Shown here in pieces: positions 19,917-34,143 of a stretch of 64,000 nucleotides of DNA. The number at the start of each line of letters is the position of its first letter. The stretch's first letter is position 1. Origin of the DNA: Jatrophihabitans sp. (lineage in GTDB: Bacteria > Actinomycetota > Actinomycetes > Mycobacteriales > Jatrophihabitantaceae). Location: positions 1,129 to 65,128 of the forward strand of contig DATBTJ010000051.1 of NCBI GenBank assembly GCA_036559305.1, in the 5' to 3' direction. The position numbers and the translations under genes are program-made. The notes under the pieces were generated by a model. It ran no database searches. It was not told the origin of the DNA and saw nothing but the letters and a program-made list of their open reading frames with translations.

Positions 19917-20087
19917 GCCTGCGACCCTAACCCCCGTCTGCGGCTGCCACCTTGCCCCGCCAATGTCGGCGATCCGCGCCGCCGAGCCCACATCCGCAGG
20001 GCAAGCCCGCCGTCCACAGGCTGCGCCGGCATCCACAGGGCGCCGATTCGGAAGCCGGACGCCTGTCGGAACGGCCAGGCTGCCGAC

Positions 20088-21087
20088 GTGATCCGCACGT
20101 TGCCAACCTCACGGCCGGAGCACTGCGGGGTGTTCACGGCCGCATCAGCCGCTGCCGACGGGTGGAACGCTGCGGCGCTGCTCAATGCCGTCAAGCACGG
20201 CCGGCTCACCCGTGTCGCACGCGGGGTGTACGTCGCGTCCGAGCTGCTGGCCGAAGACGGACCGGAGGGCGACCGGCGCCGGATGACCATCTACGCCGTC
20301 GCCGCAACGCTCGCGGTCGCTGCGGTTGCCAGCCATACGTCTTCCGCGCTGCTGGACGAGCTGCCCGTCTGGACGCTGCCTGACCGCGCCTGCATCACTG
20401 TGGCCCCGAGGTTCACCGGCGACTCGCGATGTGCGCATCTGCATCGTGCGTCGATACTTCCCGAGCACCTTGCTCCTGACGTCGCTGTCCCGCGGACGTG
20501 CGCGGCGCGGACCGTTCTCGACACAGCGCGCGAGCACGGCGTCGAGGATGCCGTTGTGATGGGCGACTACGCGTTGCGATACGGCTTGTCGGACGAGCCA
20601 GAGCTCCGTCGAATCGCCGGCTATTGCCGGCGTTGGCCGGGGATCGGCCGGGCTCATGAGGTCCTCGAGCTACTCGAGCCGCGCTCGGAGTCGCCGCTGG
20701 AGTCGATAAGCCGCCTCCGCATGGCCAGGACGCGGCTTCCGCTACCGGAGCCGCAGGTGCGCATCTACGACCTGAGCGGACATTTCCTGGGACGCCTCGA
20801 CTTTCGAGGACTTCGGGGTGGCCGGCGAAGTGGACGGCAAGGTGAAGTACGGCGTCGATCCGCGAGAGGCCGTGTGGCGCGAGAAGCGTCGTCAGGGCCC
20901 GATGGAGGACACCGGACTCCTGTTCATCCGGTGGGGTCGGCCCGACATCGAGAACATGCCGATGCTCGCCAGGCGGATCGAGACGGTGTTGGCTGGCGGC
21001 GCGCGCCGGCCCCGATCGGATCGGGCCTGGATCGCTCGCCCGACGGCGCGCGACTCCGTCATTGGTTTGCCCCGTCAAAGTCGCTGA
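20088..21087 (+). pseudogene. frameshifted AbiEi-N / DUF559-type protein gene
   Basis: The frame of 18810..21194 gives GVFTAASAAADGW...RLTRVARGVYVAS...RSESPLESISRLRMARTRLPLPEPQVRIYDLSGHFLGRLDF. The homology then continues in the +1 frame (20818..21087 ORF) as EDFGVAGEVDGKVKYG...FIRWGRPDI. The junction is near 20802-20808. Confidence 0.7.
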
Positions 21088-21144
21088 ACCGCGCCGCCCG
21101 GCCCACATTCTCGGGGCAACGTCGCGCGACGGCGACCCTGAGGC

Positions 21145-23019
<1,875 letters not shown>

Positions 23020-23049
23020 TGGATTCCTCCTGATCGACTTCAGCGAATT

Positions 23050-24462
23050 CTACGAGCGACGCCCGCGCGGACGGTTGCGTCCGGGGCGGCGCTGCTGCGG
23101 GCGGTCGGCGGGCTTGCGGGCGACGACCGGAACACCGCTGGGGGTACGCGCCCCGGTCGTGCGGGCGACGTCGGCATCGCCGGCGCTCGCATCGCTCTGC
23201 TCGGCCTGCACGCCCGCCTTGCCGAGCATGCTGCGGGCAGCGCGCTCCTCCTTCGGCGTGGCGAGCAGCACGACCGTGCCGGTCGCGCCGGCGCGCGCGG
23301 TGCGCCCGGAGCGGTGCAGGTAGTCCTTGTGGTCGTTCGGCGGGTCGACGTGCAGCACCAGCGACACGCCGTCGACGTGAATGCCGCGCGCGGCGACGTC
23401 GGTCGCGACGAGCACCGGCGACGAGCCGGCCCGGAAGGCCTCGAGGGCGCGGGTGCGCTGAGCCTGGGTCAGCCCGCCGTGCAGCGCCACGGCACCGATG
23501 CCGGCGTTGGCGAGATTGCGGGCGAGCCGGTCGGCACCGTGCTTGGTACGCACGAAGCACAGCGTGCGGCCCTCACGTGCGGCGATCGAGGCGACCAGGT
23601 CGAACTTGGCCTCGAACGGCACCCGGTACAGGTGGTGGCTCATCGTGTCGACGGACGCGATGGCGGTCGCGAGCGCGTGCACCACCGGGTCGGTCAGGTA
23701 CTCGCGCACCAGCGTCGCCACGTCGCCGTCCAGCGTCGCCGAGAACAGCAGTCGCTGCCCCTGGGCGGGGGTCATGTCGAGCAGCCGGCGCACGACGGGC
23801 AGGAAGCCGAGGTCGGCCATGTGGTCGGCCTCGTCCAGCACGGTCGTCTGCACGAAGGCGAGGTCGACGGCGCCGCGCTCGATCAGGTCGATGAGCCGTC
23901 CCGGGGTGGCGACGACGACGTCGACACCGCGGCGCAGCGCGTTGATCTGCTTGGCGATCGGCAGGCCGCCGGCGACCAGGCAGGTGGTCAGATTGCACGC
24001 CCCGGCGATCGGGTCGATGCTGTCGCGCACCTGCATGGCGAGCTCGCGGGTCGGGACGAGCACCAGCGCGCGCGGCCGGCGGGCGGCCGAGCCGTTGGTG
24101 TCCAGCCCGGCGAGCAGCGGCAGGCCGAACGCGAGCGTCTTGCCCGCGCCCGTTGCGGCTCGCCCGAGCAGGTCGCGACCGGCCAGGATGTCCGGCACCG
24201 TGGCCGCCTGGATCGGGAACGGCGTCGCGATGCCGCGCCGCTCGAGGACGTCGACGATGCGCTTGGGCAGGCCCAGCTCGCCGAAGCTCGGCAGGTTCTC
24301 GCTCTGGACGACCTGGACCGGCAGCTCGTCCCAGATCGAGTCGTGCGGACGGACCGGGCGGGTGTTGCGGGCCGGGCGAGGCTGACGGGCCTGCGTCGGG
24401 CGGTTGGTGTGGTGGGCAGGACGACGGCGCGCGGCAGCACCGCGCGCAGAACTGGTTGTCAC
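23050..24462 (-). CDS. DEAD-box ATP-dependent RNA helicase
   Basis: Q-motif region, AATGAGKT, PTRELA, DEAD (VLDEADHM), SAT, HRSGRTARAG, and an Arg-rich C-terminal tail. Confidence 0.92.
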   Translation of the reverse strand: MTTSSARGAAARRRPAHHTNRPTQARQPRPARNTRPVRPHDSIWDELPVQVVQSENLPSFGELGLPKRIVDVLERRGIATPFPIQAATVPDILAGRDLLGRAATGAGKTLAFGLPLLAGLDTNGSAARRPRALVLVPTRELAMQVRDSIDPIAGACNLTTCLVAGGLPIAKQINALRRGVDVVVATPGRLIDLIERGAVDLAFVQTTVLDEADHMADLGFLPVVRRLLDMTPAQGQRLLFSATLDGDVATLVREYLTDPVVHALATAIASVDTMSHHLYRVPFEAKFDLVASIAAREGRTLCFVRTKHGADRLARNLANAGIGAVALHGGLTQAQRTRALEAFRAGSSPVLVATDVAARGIHVDGVSLVLHVDPPNDHKDYLHRSGRTARAGATGTVVLLATPKEERAARSMLGKAGVQAEQSDASAGDADVARTTGARTPSGVPVVARKPADRPQQRRPGRNRPRGRRS

Positions 24463-24605
24463 GAGGATTCCTTCGGGAACAGCGGCACGTCCCGAGAATC
24501 ACCTGGTGTGAGCGGTCCGAGCCCGACGCGCCGATGTGGTCGCGCGTCGCATGAGATTCCGAGTCTACCGGGACGCGTCGGGGCCGATGACCATCTGAGC
24601 GTGGG

Positions 24606-25028
24606 CTACGTCTCGCTGCGCTGCGCGATCCGGATGTTGTTGCCGGACGGATCGCGGAACGCGCAGTCCAGACCGTAGGGCTGCTGCTCCGGCGGCCCGG
24701 TGAACTCGACCCCGCGCGCCGAGAGCTCCTCATAGACCTTCTGCACGTCGTCGGTCTCGAGGAACACGGTTCCGGCGAACCCGAGTGCGGTCAGCTCGCG
24801 AACCCGGTCGGCGACCTCGGCCGGCATGACCGGCGGGCCCGGGACGGCCATCAGCACGACCTGGGTGTCCTGGCCGCCGGGCGGCGCCACCGTCACCCAC
24901 CGGAAGTTGCCCATCTCGGGCAGTGTGACGTCCTCGCGGATCTCCCACCCGACCTTGCGGGTGTAGAAGTCCACGGCGGCGTCCTGGTCGAGTTGCCACA
25001 GCTGTGAGGTGGCGATTCGTGTCGTCAT
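24606..25028 (-). CDS. VOC/glyoxalase-family protein
   Basis: In-frame ATG at 25028 overlapping the AraC stop (ATGA). FYTRKVGWEI...FRDPSGNNIRI is the glyoxalase-fold pattern. Confidence 0.8.
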   Translation of the reverse strand: MTTRIATSQLWQLDQDAAVDFYTRKVGWEIREDVTLPEMGNFRWVTVAPPGGQDTQVVLMAVPGPPVMPAEVADRVRELTALGFAGTVFLETDDVQKVYEELSARGVEFTGPPEQQPYGLDCAFRDPSGNNIRIAQRSET

Positions 25029-25474
25029 GGCAAGGACGCTAACGACGCCTCGCGCGCCCCGTCTTCTCCAAACGTGCTGTCTCGCGCGGGCCGTCCGTAG
25101 GCCCGCAGGACGCATTCCGGGACGCGCACGTAGATCCGCGCCGGGGGGAAGCTCGCGCGGTAGGCCGTCGGGGTCCGCCCGTAGGTGCGCTTGAAACTGG
25201 ACGTGAACGAGCCGACGCTCTCCAGCCCCACCGCGATGCAGATGTCGGCGACCGAGCGGTCGGTGGAGCGCAGCAGTGCGGCCGCTCGCTCGAGGCGCCG
25301 GGTGAGCAGGTAGGCGTGTGGCGACTCGCCGAAGGCGGCGCGGAAGGCGCGGCTGAAGTAGGCGCGTGAGAGGCCGGCCGCACGGGCCAGGTCGTCGACA
25401 CCCAGCGGCTCGCTGTAGCGCCAGTCCGCGAGGTCCTTGGCCCGCAGCAGGTGCCGGGCGATGCCTACACCCAC
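25025..25474 (-). CDS. AraC-family HTH transcriptional regulator (DNA-binding domain only)
   Basis: LGVDDLARAAGLSRAYFSRAFRAAFGESPHAYLLTRRLERAAALLRSTDRSVADICIAVGLESVGSFTSSFKRTYGRTPTAYR. No N-terminal sensor domain fits before the MBL gene. Confidence 0.75.
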   Translation of the reverse strand: MGVGIARHLLRAKDLADWRYSEPLGVDDLARAAGLSRAYFSRAFRAAFGESPHAYLLTRRLERAAALLRSTDRSVADICIAVGLESVGSFTSSFKRTYGRTPTAYRASFPPARIYVRVPECVLRAYGRPARDSTFGEDGAREASLASLP

Positions 25475-26219
25475 AACTCCGCTCCGGCGGTGGCGACCTC
25501 GACCACCCCGTGGAAGGTCTCGGCGGCCTCTTGCGCCTGCACCTCGCGCGAGGTCCACGGCGGGACGTGCGTGACCACGAGCCGGTCGACCCCGGCCTTG
25601 TCGGCGTGCTCGCCGGCCTGCCGCCCGGTCAGGTGCAGGTCGGGCACGTACTCGTCGTCCGGGCCGAAGGTGGCCTCGCACAGGAACAGGTCGGCGCCGT
25701 GGGCGAGCGAAACAAGCGCCGGGCTCTCGCCGGTATCGGCGGAGTACACCAGCGACCGGTCACCCGCCGTGATGCGTACGGCCGAGGTCGGGATCGGGTG
25801 GTTGACCGTCGCGAAGGACAGGGCGAACGGGCCCAGCTCACCGGAGGCCGGGGTCGAGAATCCGAACAGCTCCTGCAGGCCGAGCTTGCGGGCCAGCGGG
25901 TCGTAGGCCGCGCCGATCCGGTCGCGCGTGCCGGACGGCCCGATCAGCGGGATCCGCGACTCGGGGCCGTTGGAGCGGTAGCCCTCGCCCCCGTAGCGCA
26001 GCGCGACGACGTAGGCGGTCAGGTCGATGCAATGGTCGGCGTGCAGGTGCGTGATGATCATCGCGTCGACGTCGGTCGGCGCGACGTAGCGCTGCAGCGC
26101 CCCGAAGGCCCCGTGCCCGAGATCGAGCACGAGCCGGTAGCCGTCCTCCTCGATGAGGTAGCCCGAGGCGGGCGAGTCGGGGCCGGGCAGGCTGCCGGAA
26201 CAACCCAGGACGGTGACCT

Positions 26220-26223
<4 letters not shown>
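25465..26223 (-). CDS. MBL-fold metallo-hydrolase (Rv1339-like)
   Basis: GTG start with GGAGG upstream. [11 protein letters not shown]..., HLHADHCID (HxHxDH) motif. Confidence 0.85.
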
Positions 26224-27047
<824 letters not shown>

Positions 27048-27052
27048 GGGCC

Positions 27053-27715
27053 TCAGCGTACGGGCGCGGGCCGCGCCGGTCGTCCGGTCGTGCCGGCACG
27101 GGGGTGCAGCACCCAGGCGACGGCCACGCCGACCACCGCGCCGCAGAGGTGCGACTGCCACGAGACGTTCGAGTCGGAGCTCGGCAGCAACCCGCCGAGC
27201 AGCGTGCTGAAGAAGATCAGCAACAAGACGGCGACCGCGATCCACTTCAGGCGCCGGGAGAAGAACGCGCGGGCGAGCAGGTAGCCCAGCCAGCCGAAGA
27301 CCATGGCGCTCGCGCCGACGATGATCTGCCCAGACGGCGCGACCAGCCAGGTGAGCAGGTCGCCGAGCACGACCACGCAGGCGGTGACGAACAGGAACAC
27401 CCGTACGCCGGACAGCAGCAGCACCCAGCCGATGCCGAGCAGCGGCACGGTGTTGGCGAGCAGGTGGGACCAGCTGGTGTGCAGGAACGGCTGGGTGAGC
27501 ACGCCCCAGAGCCCGTCCACCGCGCGGGGGCGCAGCCCGAACCGGTTCCACCCGTAGTCGTCCGCGGCGTTGAGGTACTGCACGACGTAGAGCGCGACGG
27601 CGAGTGCGCCGATGACGAGCAACGCGCCCGTCCAGCTCGTCGGGTCGAAGCGCGGCTCGGTCGTTCCGGCGCGGCTGCGCCGGAACGGCAGGGTGAACGG
27701 TTGCCGCGAGGTCAC
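27053..27715 (-). CDS. rhomboid-family intramembrane serine protease
   Basis: [18 protein letters not shown] (GxSx) and a downstream His in HLCGAVVG. Six TM helices. Confidence 0.85.
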   Translation of the reverse strand: MTSRQPFTLPFRRSRAGTTEPRFDPTSWTGALLVIGALAVALYVVQYLNAADDYGWNRFGLRPRAVDGLWGVLTQPFLHTSWSHLLANTVPLLGIGWVLLLSGVRVFLFVTACVVVLGDLLTWLVAPSGQIIVGASAMVFGWLGYLLARAFFSRRLKWIAVAVLLLIFFSTLLGGLLPSSDSNVSWQSHLCGAVVGVAVAWVLHPRAGTTGRPARPAPVR

Positions 27716-27734
27716 CCGACGAGGGTAAGGGGCC

Positions 27735-29327
27735 TCAGGTGCTCGTCGCCCGGACGGTGACGGTGTCCCAGCCGGTCGCGCCGGACGGGAACACCGGCAC
27801 GCGCTGCTCGGGCTGCACCTGGCCGTGGCCGTCTACGGCGCGGACCCGGACGCGGTAGCTGCCGGCGCGCGGCGGGGTCCAGGACAGCACCCACTGGCGC
27901 CAGGTGTCGGTCGAGGGCACCGTGGCGAGCCGCGCACGCTGCCACGGGCCGTCGTCGACCTGCACCTCGACGCTCGACACGCCGACGTGCTGGTCCCAGG
28001 CGACACCGGCGATCGCGACCGGACGTCCGGCCGGCACGGTGCGTCCGGAGCGCGGGGTGTCGATGCGCGCCTGCAGGTGGATGCCGGTCTCGAGCTGCCC
28101 GGACGTCCAGCCGCCCTGCGGCCAGTACGCCTGCTCGGCGGCGAACGTGGTGGCCTTGATGTCGACGACCCATTTGCACGCCGACACGTAGCCGTAGAGG
28201 CCGGGCACCACGATGCGGGCGGGATAGCCGTGCTCGACCGGCAGCGGGGCGCCGTTCATGCCGATCGCGAGCAGGGCGTCCCGGCCGTCCATCACGACCT
28301 TCGTCGGGGCCCCGATCGTCATGCCGTCGGAGGACGTGAGCAGCAGCTGGTCGCTGTCGTGGTGGACACCGGCCTCGCGCAGCAGGTCGGCCAGCCGGGT
28401 GCCCTGCCAGTAGGCATTGCCGACGAGCGGGCCGCCGACCGGGTTGGACACGCAGCACAGCGTGATCCAGCGCTCGATCATCGGACGTTTCAGCACCTCG
28501 GCATAGCTGAGGGTCAACGGCCGGTCGACCAGGCCGTGGATGCGCAGCTGCCAGTCGTGGCTGCTCAGCTGCGGGACCGACAGCGCCGTGTCGATGCGGT
28601 AGAAGTCGCTGCTGGGCGTGGCCCACGGCTGGCCGCTCTTGCCCAGCTCGGCGCCGGCCGGAACGGCCGCGGTGTGCCGCCGGCCCGGCAGCGCGACCGT
28701 GTTGCGCTCGGCGGCGACGTCGTAGCGGGCGTGTTGCAGGGCACGTCCGCCGAACCCGGCGACCGCCGCCACCCCCGCGGCCGCCGCCCCACCGAGCAGG
28801 AAGGTGCGCCGCTCGACCGCACCCGCGGGCGGCTCGCTGTCGCGCAGCCGCCGGATCAGCAGCACCAGCGTCGCCGCCGCGGCGATCGCTCCGACGATGG
28901 TCGGGACGATGTCGGTGGGCCGGCTCGCGCGGGCGTACAGCGCGCAGAACACCCCGAACGCGGCGAACACGCCGATCCCGATCAGGCCGTAGCGCAGCCG
29001 GCGCGCAGCGAGGTCACCGACGACCAGCCCGAACACGGCGAGCAGCAGGTAGATACCGAACAGCAGGAAGGTCTTGTCGTTGGTCCCGGCGCTGCCGATC
29101 GCGGCGCGCTTGGCCCCTTCGGGCGTGAGCAGGATGACCGTGTTGCCGACCGCGATGACCGGCGCTGCGGCCGGACGCACGAACGCCGCCACCAGCTCGC
29201 CCACGCCGACCGCCACCGCGGCGCTGACCAGCCCGGCCAGGGCTGCGCCGGAACGAGCACCGTAACGCCTCACACACTCATGTTCGCGCGCCGGCCGTCC
29301 GGAGGTTTCCCACGCCGGCAAACCCAC
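27735..29327 (-). CDS. molybdopterin-dependent oxidoreductase (sulfite-oxidase fold) with N-terminal membrane domain
   Basis: WQLRIHGLVDRPLTLSYAEVL..., ITLCCVSNPVGG (Mo-ligand Cys context), and a C-terminal dimerisation/Ig-like domain. GTG start. Confidence 0.85.
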   Translation of the reverse strand: MGLPAWETSGRPAREHECVRRYGARSGAALAGLVSAAVAVGVGELVAAFVRPAAAPVIAVGNTVILLTPEGAKRAAIGSAGTNDKTFLLFGIYLLLAVFGLVVGDLAARRLRYGLIGIGVFAAFGVFCALYARASRPTDIVPTIVGAIAAAATLVLLIRRLRDSEPPAGAVERRTFLLGGAAAAGVAAVAGFGGRALQHARYDVAAERNTVALPGRRHTAAVPAGAELGKSGQPWATPSSDFYRIDTALSVPQLSSHDWQLRIHGLVDRPLTLSYAEVLKRPMIERWITLCCVSNPVGGPLVGNAYWQGTRLADLLREAGVHHDSDQLLLTSSDGMTIGAPTKVVMDGRDALLAIGMNGAPLPVEHGYPARIVVPGLYGYVSACKWVVDIKATTFAAEQAYWPQGGWTSGQLETGIHLQARIDTPRSGRTVPAGRPVAIAGVAWDQHVGVSSVEVQVDDGPWQRARLATVPSTDTWRQWVLSWTPPRAGSYRVRVRAVDGHGQVQPEQRVPVFPSGATGWDTVTVRATST

Positions 29328-29377
29328 AGCCGGCGGTCACGATCACGGGCGGCCCCGCCGCGATGTTCCCGGGCCAC

Positions 29378-29442
29378 ATTGCATTCGGCAACGTCGCTGA
29401 ACGGCGCCGAACATCCCCGAAGCACGACGGTGCCGAATGCAA
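29378..29442. repeat. 65-nt imperfect palindrome (12-bp perfect outer arms) in the cysM / Mo-oxidoreductase intergenic region
   Basis: TTGCATTCGGCA (29378-29389) and TGCCGAATGCAA (29431-29442) are exact reverse complements. Inner CGTCG/CGACG extends the stem after one mismatch. Confidence 0.6.
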
Positions 29443-29556
29443 AGTCGCGCGCAGCGACCCCGCACCCGGCTCGAGCGGCGGCGAGAGCGGCGCAACCGAG
29501 GCGCGGCCCCGAGCGAAGCGCGGGCCCGCCCGCGGCGCGCTTGACGGCGGGTCAGG

Positions 29557-30921
<1,365 letters not shown>

Positions 30922-30989
30922 TTATTCAGCGACAGCCGTAATAGAGGTCGGCGCCACGATGGCCGAGCAGCACGCGTTCGATCTGGATC

Positions 30990-31397
30990 TCACGCATCGA
31001 GCACCTCGACCGGTTCCTCGGTGACCGCGCCGTCGACGATGCGGAACGAGCGGAACTCGTCCTGCTCGGACCGGGTCGACACCAGCACGTAGTGCGCGTT
31101 CGGTTCGGACGCGTAAGAGACGTCGGTACGCGACGGATAGGCCTCGGTCGCGGTGTGCGAGTGGTAGACCACGACCGGTTCCTCGTCGTTGGCGTCCATC
31201 TCCTTGTACAGCTGGAGCAGGTCCGCGGAGTCGAACTCGTAGAACGTGGGTGAGCGCGCCGCGTTCAGCATCGGGACGAACCGCAGCGGACGGTCGGAGC
31301 CGGCCGGCCCGGCGACCACGCCGCAGGCCTCGTCCGGGTGATCGCGGCGGGCGTGCGCAACGATCGCATCGCGCGTCTGCCGGTCGATCCGCAACAT
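30990..31397 (-). CDS. mec: JAMM/MPN+ metalloprotease Mec
   Basis: DEACGVV glutamate and HSHTATEAYPSRTD (HxHx7Sx2D) JAMM motif. Confidence 0.88.
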   Translation of the reverse strand: MLRIDRQTRDAIVAHARRDHPDEACGVVAGPAGSDRPLRFVPMLNAARSPTFYEFDSADLLQLYKEMDANDEEPVVVYHSHTATEAYPSRTDVSYASEPNAHYVLVSTRSEQDEFRSFRIVDGAVTEEPVEVLDA

Positions 31398-31419
31398 GGC
31401 CCCGAGTTTACGGGGACGC

Positions 31420-31917
31420 CTACCCGTCGCCCGCCGCGCCCATCAGGCTCGTGACGAGCAGGTCCTGCAGCGCGGTGAGCCACACGTAGCGCGCCCGGTC
31501 CTGCACGTCGGGGTCGGCTGCGTCGAGGCGGCCGTCGTCGTCCTCGGAGATCTCCAACCGGGTCCCGATCGTCAGCCGGGCGTCGTTCAGGACGCGGATC
31601 CAGCGGTCCGCGGCCTCCGGCGCGAGCACGAGGTCGGTGCGCAGGATCGACCGCGCCTTGCGCAGCTCGGCGCGGCAGTGCTCGAGGCGTTCCGAGCGGT
31701 CCTGCCCCAGGCCGGCCTCGGTGAGCTCGCGGAAGGCGGCGGCATCGGCGTCGTCGCCGTAGGCCGGCGGATAGAGCCGCTGCCGCACCGGGTCCGACGG
31801 CGGCAGGGCGTCCGGGGTGAGCACGCCGTCCAGTTCGGCGAGCAACTGGTCGAGCAGATGCGCCTCGGGCAGTTGCAGCCGCACCCGCACCGCGGAGCCC
31901 TGTCGGGTGACTTTCAT
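31420..31917 (-). CDS. DUF2017-domain protein
   Basis: Acidic helical 165-aa protein immediately downstream of clpS, as in mycobacteria (Rv1332-like position). Confidence 0.7.
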   Translation of the reverse strand: MKVTRQGSAVRVRLQLPEAHLLDQLLAELDGVLTPDALPPSDPVRQRLYPPAYGDDADAAAFRELTEAGLGQDRSERLEHCRAELRKARSILRTDLVLAPEAADRWIRVLNDARLTIGTRLEISEDDDGRLDAADPDVQDRARYVWLTALQDLLVTSLMGAAGDG

Positions 31918-31920
31918 CCG

Positions 31921-32223
31921 TCAGTCGTTCTTCTGCAGCGTCGCCCACAGGCCGTACCCGTGCAGGGTGTTGACGTCGAGTTCCATGCGCTCGCGGGTGC
32001 CGTGGGACACCACCGCCTTGCCCTTGCGGTGCACGTCGAGCATCAGCTTCTCGGCCTTGGCCTTGTCGTAGCCGAACACCGTCATGAAGACATGGGTGAC
32101 GTAGGTCATGAGATTGATCGGGTCGTTCCAGACGACGGTGATCCACGGCAGGTCAGGGGTCACCTGCGATTCGGTGACCTCCTCGACGCCCGCGCTGCGC
32201 TCGGGTGCGATCGTGCCGGCCAT
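31921..32223 (-). CDS. clpS: ATP-dependent Clp protease adaptor ClpS
   Basis: [49 protein letters not shown] at 32223. Confidence 0.9.
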   Translation of the reverse strand: MAGTIAPERSAGVEEVTESQVTPDLPWITVVWNDPINLMTYVTHVFMTVFGYDKAKAEKLMLDVHRKGKAVVSHGTRERMELDVNTLHGYGLWATLQKND

Positions 32224-32248
32224 GACCCCATCGTGACACGATCGCCAC

Positions 32249-33535
32249 GTGGCCGTGCCTCCCGCAACCTCCGCGCTGTTCACCGACCGCTACGAGCTGA
32301 CGATGCTCGGCTCGGCCCTGCGGGACGGCTCGGCCGGCCGGCAGTGCGTGTTCGAGGTGTTCGCCCGCCGCCTGCCGGACGGGCGGCGCTACGGCGTCGT
32401 CGCCGGCACCGGCCGGGTGCTCGAGGCGATCCGCGACTTCACCTTCGACGCCGACACGCTCGAGTTCCTGCGCACCAACGAGATCGTCGACGAGGAGTGC
32501 GTCGACTACCTGGCCGGCTACCGGTTCCGCGGTGACGTGGTCGGCTACGCCGAAGGAGAGCTCTACTTCCCCTACTCCCCCGTGCTCACCGTCTCGGCCA
32601 GCTTCGCCGAGGCTGTCGTGCTGGAGACGGTGGTGCTGTCGATCCTCAACCACGACTGCGCGATCGCGTCCGCGGCGGCACGCATGGTGTCCGCGGCGGG
32701 CGAGCGGCCGATCATCGAGATGGGGTCGCGCCGCACCCACGAGCAGGCGGCGGTGGCCGCGGCGCGGGCCGCCTACCTGGCCGGCTTCGCCTCGACGTCC
32801 AACCTCGCCGCGGCGCGCCACTACGGCGTCCCCACGGCCGGGACGGCGGCGCACGCGTTCACGCTGCTGCACGACGACGAGCAGGACGCCTTCCGCGCGC
32901 AGCTGGCCACGATGGGCTCGGACACCACGCTGCTCGTCGACACCTACGACATCGCCCGCGGGATCGAGCACGCCGTCGCCGTGGCCGGCCCGGACCTGGG
33001 GGCGGTGCGCATCGATTCCGGCGACCTCGGCGTGATGGCCCGCCATGCGCGCGAGCAGTTGGACGGTCTCGGCGCGACCAAGACCCAGATCGTCGTCAGC
33101 GGCGACCTGGACGAGTTCGCGATCGCGGCGCTGGCCGCGGCCCCGGTCGACGCCTACGGCGTCGGGACGTCGGTGGTGACCGGGTCCGGCGAGCCGACCG
33201 CCAACATGGTCTACAAACTCGTCGAGGTGGACGGCCGGCCGGTGTCCAAGCGGTCGGAGCACAAGCAGAGCCAGGGCGGACGCAAGACGGCGCTGCGGGC
33301 GCACCGCGCCAGCGGCACCGCGGTCGAGGAGATCGTCGTCGCCGGCGAGGCGCCCCGCCCGGGTCCCGGCGAGCGGTTGCTGCAGGTGCCGCTGATCACG
33401 GCCGGCGAGCCGGTGGTCGAGGTGGACGGGCTGGCACACGCCCGCGAGCGGCTGCGGGCGGCGGCGGTGACCCTGCCGTGGGACGGGCTCAAGCTCTCTC
33501 GCGGCGAGGCGGCCATCCCGACCCGCCTGGGCTGA
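32249..33535 (+). CDS. pncB: nicotinate phosphoribosyltransferase
   Basis: [10 protein letters not shown]..., [10 protein letters not shown] and RIDSGDL motifs. 428 aa. Confidence 0.9.
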   Translation: MAVPPATSALFTDRYELTMLGSALRDGSAGRQCVFEVFARRLPDGRRYGVVAGTGRVLEAIRDFTFDADTLEFLRTNEIVDEECVDYLAGYRFRGDVVGYAEGELYFPYSPVLTVSASFAEAVVLETVVLSILNHDCAIASAAARMVSAAGERPIIEMGSRRTHEQAAVAAARAAYLAGFASTSNLAAARHYGVPTAGTAAHAFTLLHDDEQDAFRAQLATMGSDTTLLVDTYDIARGIEHAVAVAGPDLGAVRIDSGDLGVMARHAREQLDGLGATKTQIVVSGDLDEFAIAALAAAPVDAYGVGTSVVTGSGEPTANMVYKLVEVDGRPVSKRSEHKQSQGGRKTALRAHRASGTAVEEIVVAGEAPRPGPGERLLQVPLITAGEPVVEVDGLAHARERLRAAAVTLPWDGLKLSRGEAAIPTRLG

Positions 33536-33551
33536 CCCGTAGCCTCGGCCC

Positions 33552-34118
33552 ATGCGTGCAGTCATCGTCGTCGACGTGCAGAACGACTTCTGCGAGGGCG
33601 GCTCGCTCGCCGTCGCGGGCGGCGCCGGCGTCGCCCGCGCGATCTCGGCCCGCCTCGCCGAGCGCGACTTCGACCACGCCGTCGCGACCCGCGACCATCA
33701 CATCGACCCCGGCACGCACTTCTCGGCCCACCCCGACTTCGTCGACAGCTGGCCGCGGCATTGTGTGGTCGGCACCGGCGGTGTCGACCTGCACCCCGAG
33801 CTGGCGACGGACGCGCTGGAGGCGGTCTTCGACAAGGGCGAGTACGCCGCGGCCTATTCGGGCTTCGAGGCACGCAGCGACGGTGTCCTGCTCGGTGACT
33901 GGCTGCGCGATCGCGATGTCACCGACGTCGAGGTCGTCGGGATCGCCACCGACCACTGTGTCCGCGCAACTGCGCTGGACGCCGCCGCGCAGGGTTTCGC
34001 GGCCACGGTCCGCCTCGATCTCACCGCGGGCGTCGCCAGATCGACCGTCGACGCGGCACTCGTGCAGCTCGCGGCAGCGGGCGTGAGCCTGGTCGGCGAG
34101 CCGGTCGTGGCCGACTGA
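33552..34118 (+). CDS. pncA: nicotinamidase/pyrazinamidase (isochorismatase family)
   Basis: VVDVQNDFCEGGSL (catalytic Asp), metal-binding DHHIDP..H, and GIATDHCVRATA (catalytic Cys). Confidence 0.85.
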   Translation: MRAVIVVDVQNDFCEGGSLAVAGGAGVARAISARLAERDFDHAVATRDHHIDPGTHFSAHPDFVDSWPRHCVVGTGGVDLHPELATDALEAVFDKGEYAAAYSGFEARSDGVLLGDWLRDRDVTDVEVVGIATDHCVRATALDAAAQGFAATVRLDLTAGVARSTVDAALVQLAAAGVSLVGEPVVAD

Positions 34119-34143
34119 GGACCCGGACGGCTACGGTCGAGAC

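Noticed and set aside
29328-29556. Moco riboswitch upstream of the molybdoenzyme gene
   Set aside because: The position would fit, but I could not recognise the conserved Moco-motif core. The region is dominated by one simple long palindrome. Kept only as an unexplained structure.
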